DNA of 64,000 bases from positions 31,113,073 to 31,177,072 of the forward strand of contig NC_081375.1 in assembly GCF_030684315.1 (NCBI RefSeq). The letters run 5' to 3'. Source of the DNA: Stegostoma tigrinum. Lineage: Eukaryota. The notes below the pieces were generated by a model, which was not told the origin of the DNA, did no database searches, and worked only from the letters and a program-made list of their open reading frames with translations. Shown in pieces: positions 61,740-64,000 of this stretch (within the stretch, counting starts at the first letter, position 1; every line of letters starts with the position of its first letter). The position numbers and the translations under genes are program-made.

Positions 61740-62595
61740 GTAAGTTTGTTATAATTTCTTCAGCAATTTCTTTTAAAGTTGCAACGAGCTATTTCACTGA
61801 TTTGCTATGTTGGGAAATTTATACGTTTGATTTTTCATTATTTCTGTATGCACACATACTGGAGAAATTCTGCACAGTTTTATTCAACTTTCAAAGAAAT
61901 AAGTTAGGAATGTGCAAGTTTATTTGTTTTTATGGGTTCCTAATGCATATTAGGTAATGTTATAAGTAATGTATATATAAACCTTCCCAAAGCTCCAGGT
62001 GAGCATTAAAGTGTTGATGTGTGCGCAGCTGGAATACCAGGCCAGAATGACTGTTATTGGAATTCCAGTGACCCTGCAGGAAACTATCAACTCTTTCTAT
62101 CACTGATTCAGTATTACTGCTCAGTCTTTGACTTTTTTATCTGTATCAGTTTTTTGACTTTGTAACCTTCAAGATAATTGGATACTACATACATTACAAG
62201 AGGAATTTAATTTATTGGTTGAAACAATTTCTTTCTTAGATAGCAGTGAACTAATGTCTAGTTTTAGCTCTTTTCTTCATTCACCAACATTTCAAATATA
62301 TGGTGTGCTATAGACTACAGTTGGGATAGTTTGAATGTGTGTCAAAATCAGATGAAAAGAAATTAAATGATTCCAACTGTTTTGATAATGTGTTCATAAA
62401 TGCACTGAACAACTAAAGATGGCATTTTGTAACCATCTGCTTTACTGAAGAGTCTTGCTTCAGTTGAACTAATCCATTTGGAACAACCTACTAATAATCT
62501 GAATATTAAATGTTAAATGTTAGAAGTGACTAATTCTATCCGCATCAAAACCGATTTCTGTGATGAATTAATGAGTTATTTTGCTCTATTTACAG

Positions 62596-62633
62596 GCCTC
62601 AAGAACAACGATCACAAGCAATTGATGCAATTC
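62596..62633 (+). CDS. MFSD11: MFSD11 coding exon 8 (gene continues beyond the window)
   Basis: ctctatttacag|(R)PQEQRSQAIDAI|gtaagc; 38 nt, phases compatible; AIDAI resembles the AVDAF motif preceding the next helix. Confidence 0.8.
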
Positions 62634-63239
62634 GTAAGCATGCCTTTATAGGCAAAGATTTATACAAGGATGGGGCAGTATGGGTACTGGCAAAAAGTTA
62701 AATTTCATAAACATGCTGGCTTGTCGAAAACATCAAATGATCCACTCTCACTTCTGGCTTTTAGAAGGGTGTCTAAGAACCCACCAATTCTGCCACCCAA
62801 TATTCTGGCTTTAATGGAGAGTTCACAGGTCTCCAAGCATTGTGGAACAATTCAGAAGATAGGTCACTGAACCCGAAATGTTAACTCTGCTTTCTTTCCA
62901 CAGCTGCTGCCAGACCTGCTGAGTTACTCCAGCAAGTTCTGTTTTCTTTGGTTGCTTCCTTGCCTAGATGCTATCCTTGTGCTCACAAGACTGGTACAAT
63001 TGTATTTCACTGCTTTAAAAACTATCAACTTCCTGGGAGTTATTTTTCCTGTTTGAACTTTCTCATTTTGATCAGTTTTTCCCTCCCATCTGCCTTCAGT
63101 GCAGTATGATAACAGCTTTGCAGCCAGACTACAGGGGAACAGTAATATCAACATCAACAGCAACAGGACCAGCCAAGGGAATCACCATTAGTGATAGCTG
63201 CTTCTCCACAGTTACACGCTTCTCCATCTGGCACAAGGG

Positions 63240-64000
63240 TTGAATAGAACTCTTAACTTGAAAGAGGCTTTTGTATAGTATATAAGGCAGCCCTTCTTGA
63301 TGTGGCGATGTAAAAAACTCTGAAAAGGCTCAGACTTTCTTAATTACTTGTAACTGGTATCTGAAACTTTTTGGAACATACCCTCCTTCCAAGTGAAGCA
63401 GATGAATGCACATTTCCACTTTCTTTCGGGGATCCGCTGCTAACATCTGCAAGATTTCATAATATTCTGCTACAAGTACATTTCCCAGATGGCTGATGAC
63501 CTGGAAAAGACCACCACCTACACCAATTTGGATATTGATAAGGTTGTCACATTTTGGAGGACTCTGATATTTGTGACACTGGTAGAATTTCACGAGTATA
63601 CAGAGTTAGTTAGTACATTCATGACAGACAAGGCACCCTCAAATTTTGCTAGAGTTTTTAACCTTCAAAAAAGGATTCCATTCTGTTACTATTCAGCTGA
63701 GTTGTAACCATGGGAAGGTTTCATGTTTGAGCAAAATATCTGGATGTTGCCTTGATGCTTTCAATGTGTGTTTGTCACATCATCCACAGAGTTTTGCATC
63801 TTCAAACAGTCAGTGGATATTCTTTTGGAGATGAGACCTTCTTAGTGAAGATGTGGCTGATGATGCTCGTGAGAACTTCTACTGTAGAGTAGGCTAATTG
63901 AGTGAATTCTTAGGTTGCTGAAGGTTCATTTCCAGTGACTAATTCAGAATACACCAATATAGGCATCCAAAATGGTTGTGGCCTCGTGTACCTAGCACAA
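63240..64000 (-). mobile_element. Old LINE fragment, possibly RTE-like (a related piece lies at ~56750-57270)
   Basis: Degenerate minus-strand RT-like words (LNSNRMES, YLLKHETF); heavily decayed. Confidence 0.35.

Overview
Eukaryotic, intron-rich vertebrate DNA. The repeat content (HE1-like V-SINEs, CR1 LINEs, abundant Penelope-like elements) points to a cartilaginous fish, probably a shark (inference). The window holds the conserved four-gene block JMJD6 (-, coding exons 1-5; last exon not found, probably left of the window), METTL23 (+, complete, 5 coding exons, 234 aa), SRSF2 (-, complete, 213 aa, with a spliced 3'UTR) and MFSD11 (+, coding exons 1-8, continuing to the right). They are arranged as two head-to-head pairs with CpG-rich bidirectional promoters. 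All exon boundaries were read manually and keep frame with GT-AG sites. Three signals stand out. (1) A dense set of Penelope-derived insertions with 10-15 bp target-site duplications, self-complementary (palindromic) architecture and minimal hammerhead-ribozyme-like cores. (2) An SRSF2 3'UTR that appears to keep the mammalian autoregulatory splicing/NMD architecture. (3) A 41-aa N-terminal extension of METTL23 encoded in the promoter-proximal exon. No prokaryote-type systems are present. Comparisons with human sequence are from memory and need alignment to confirm.
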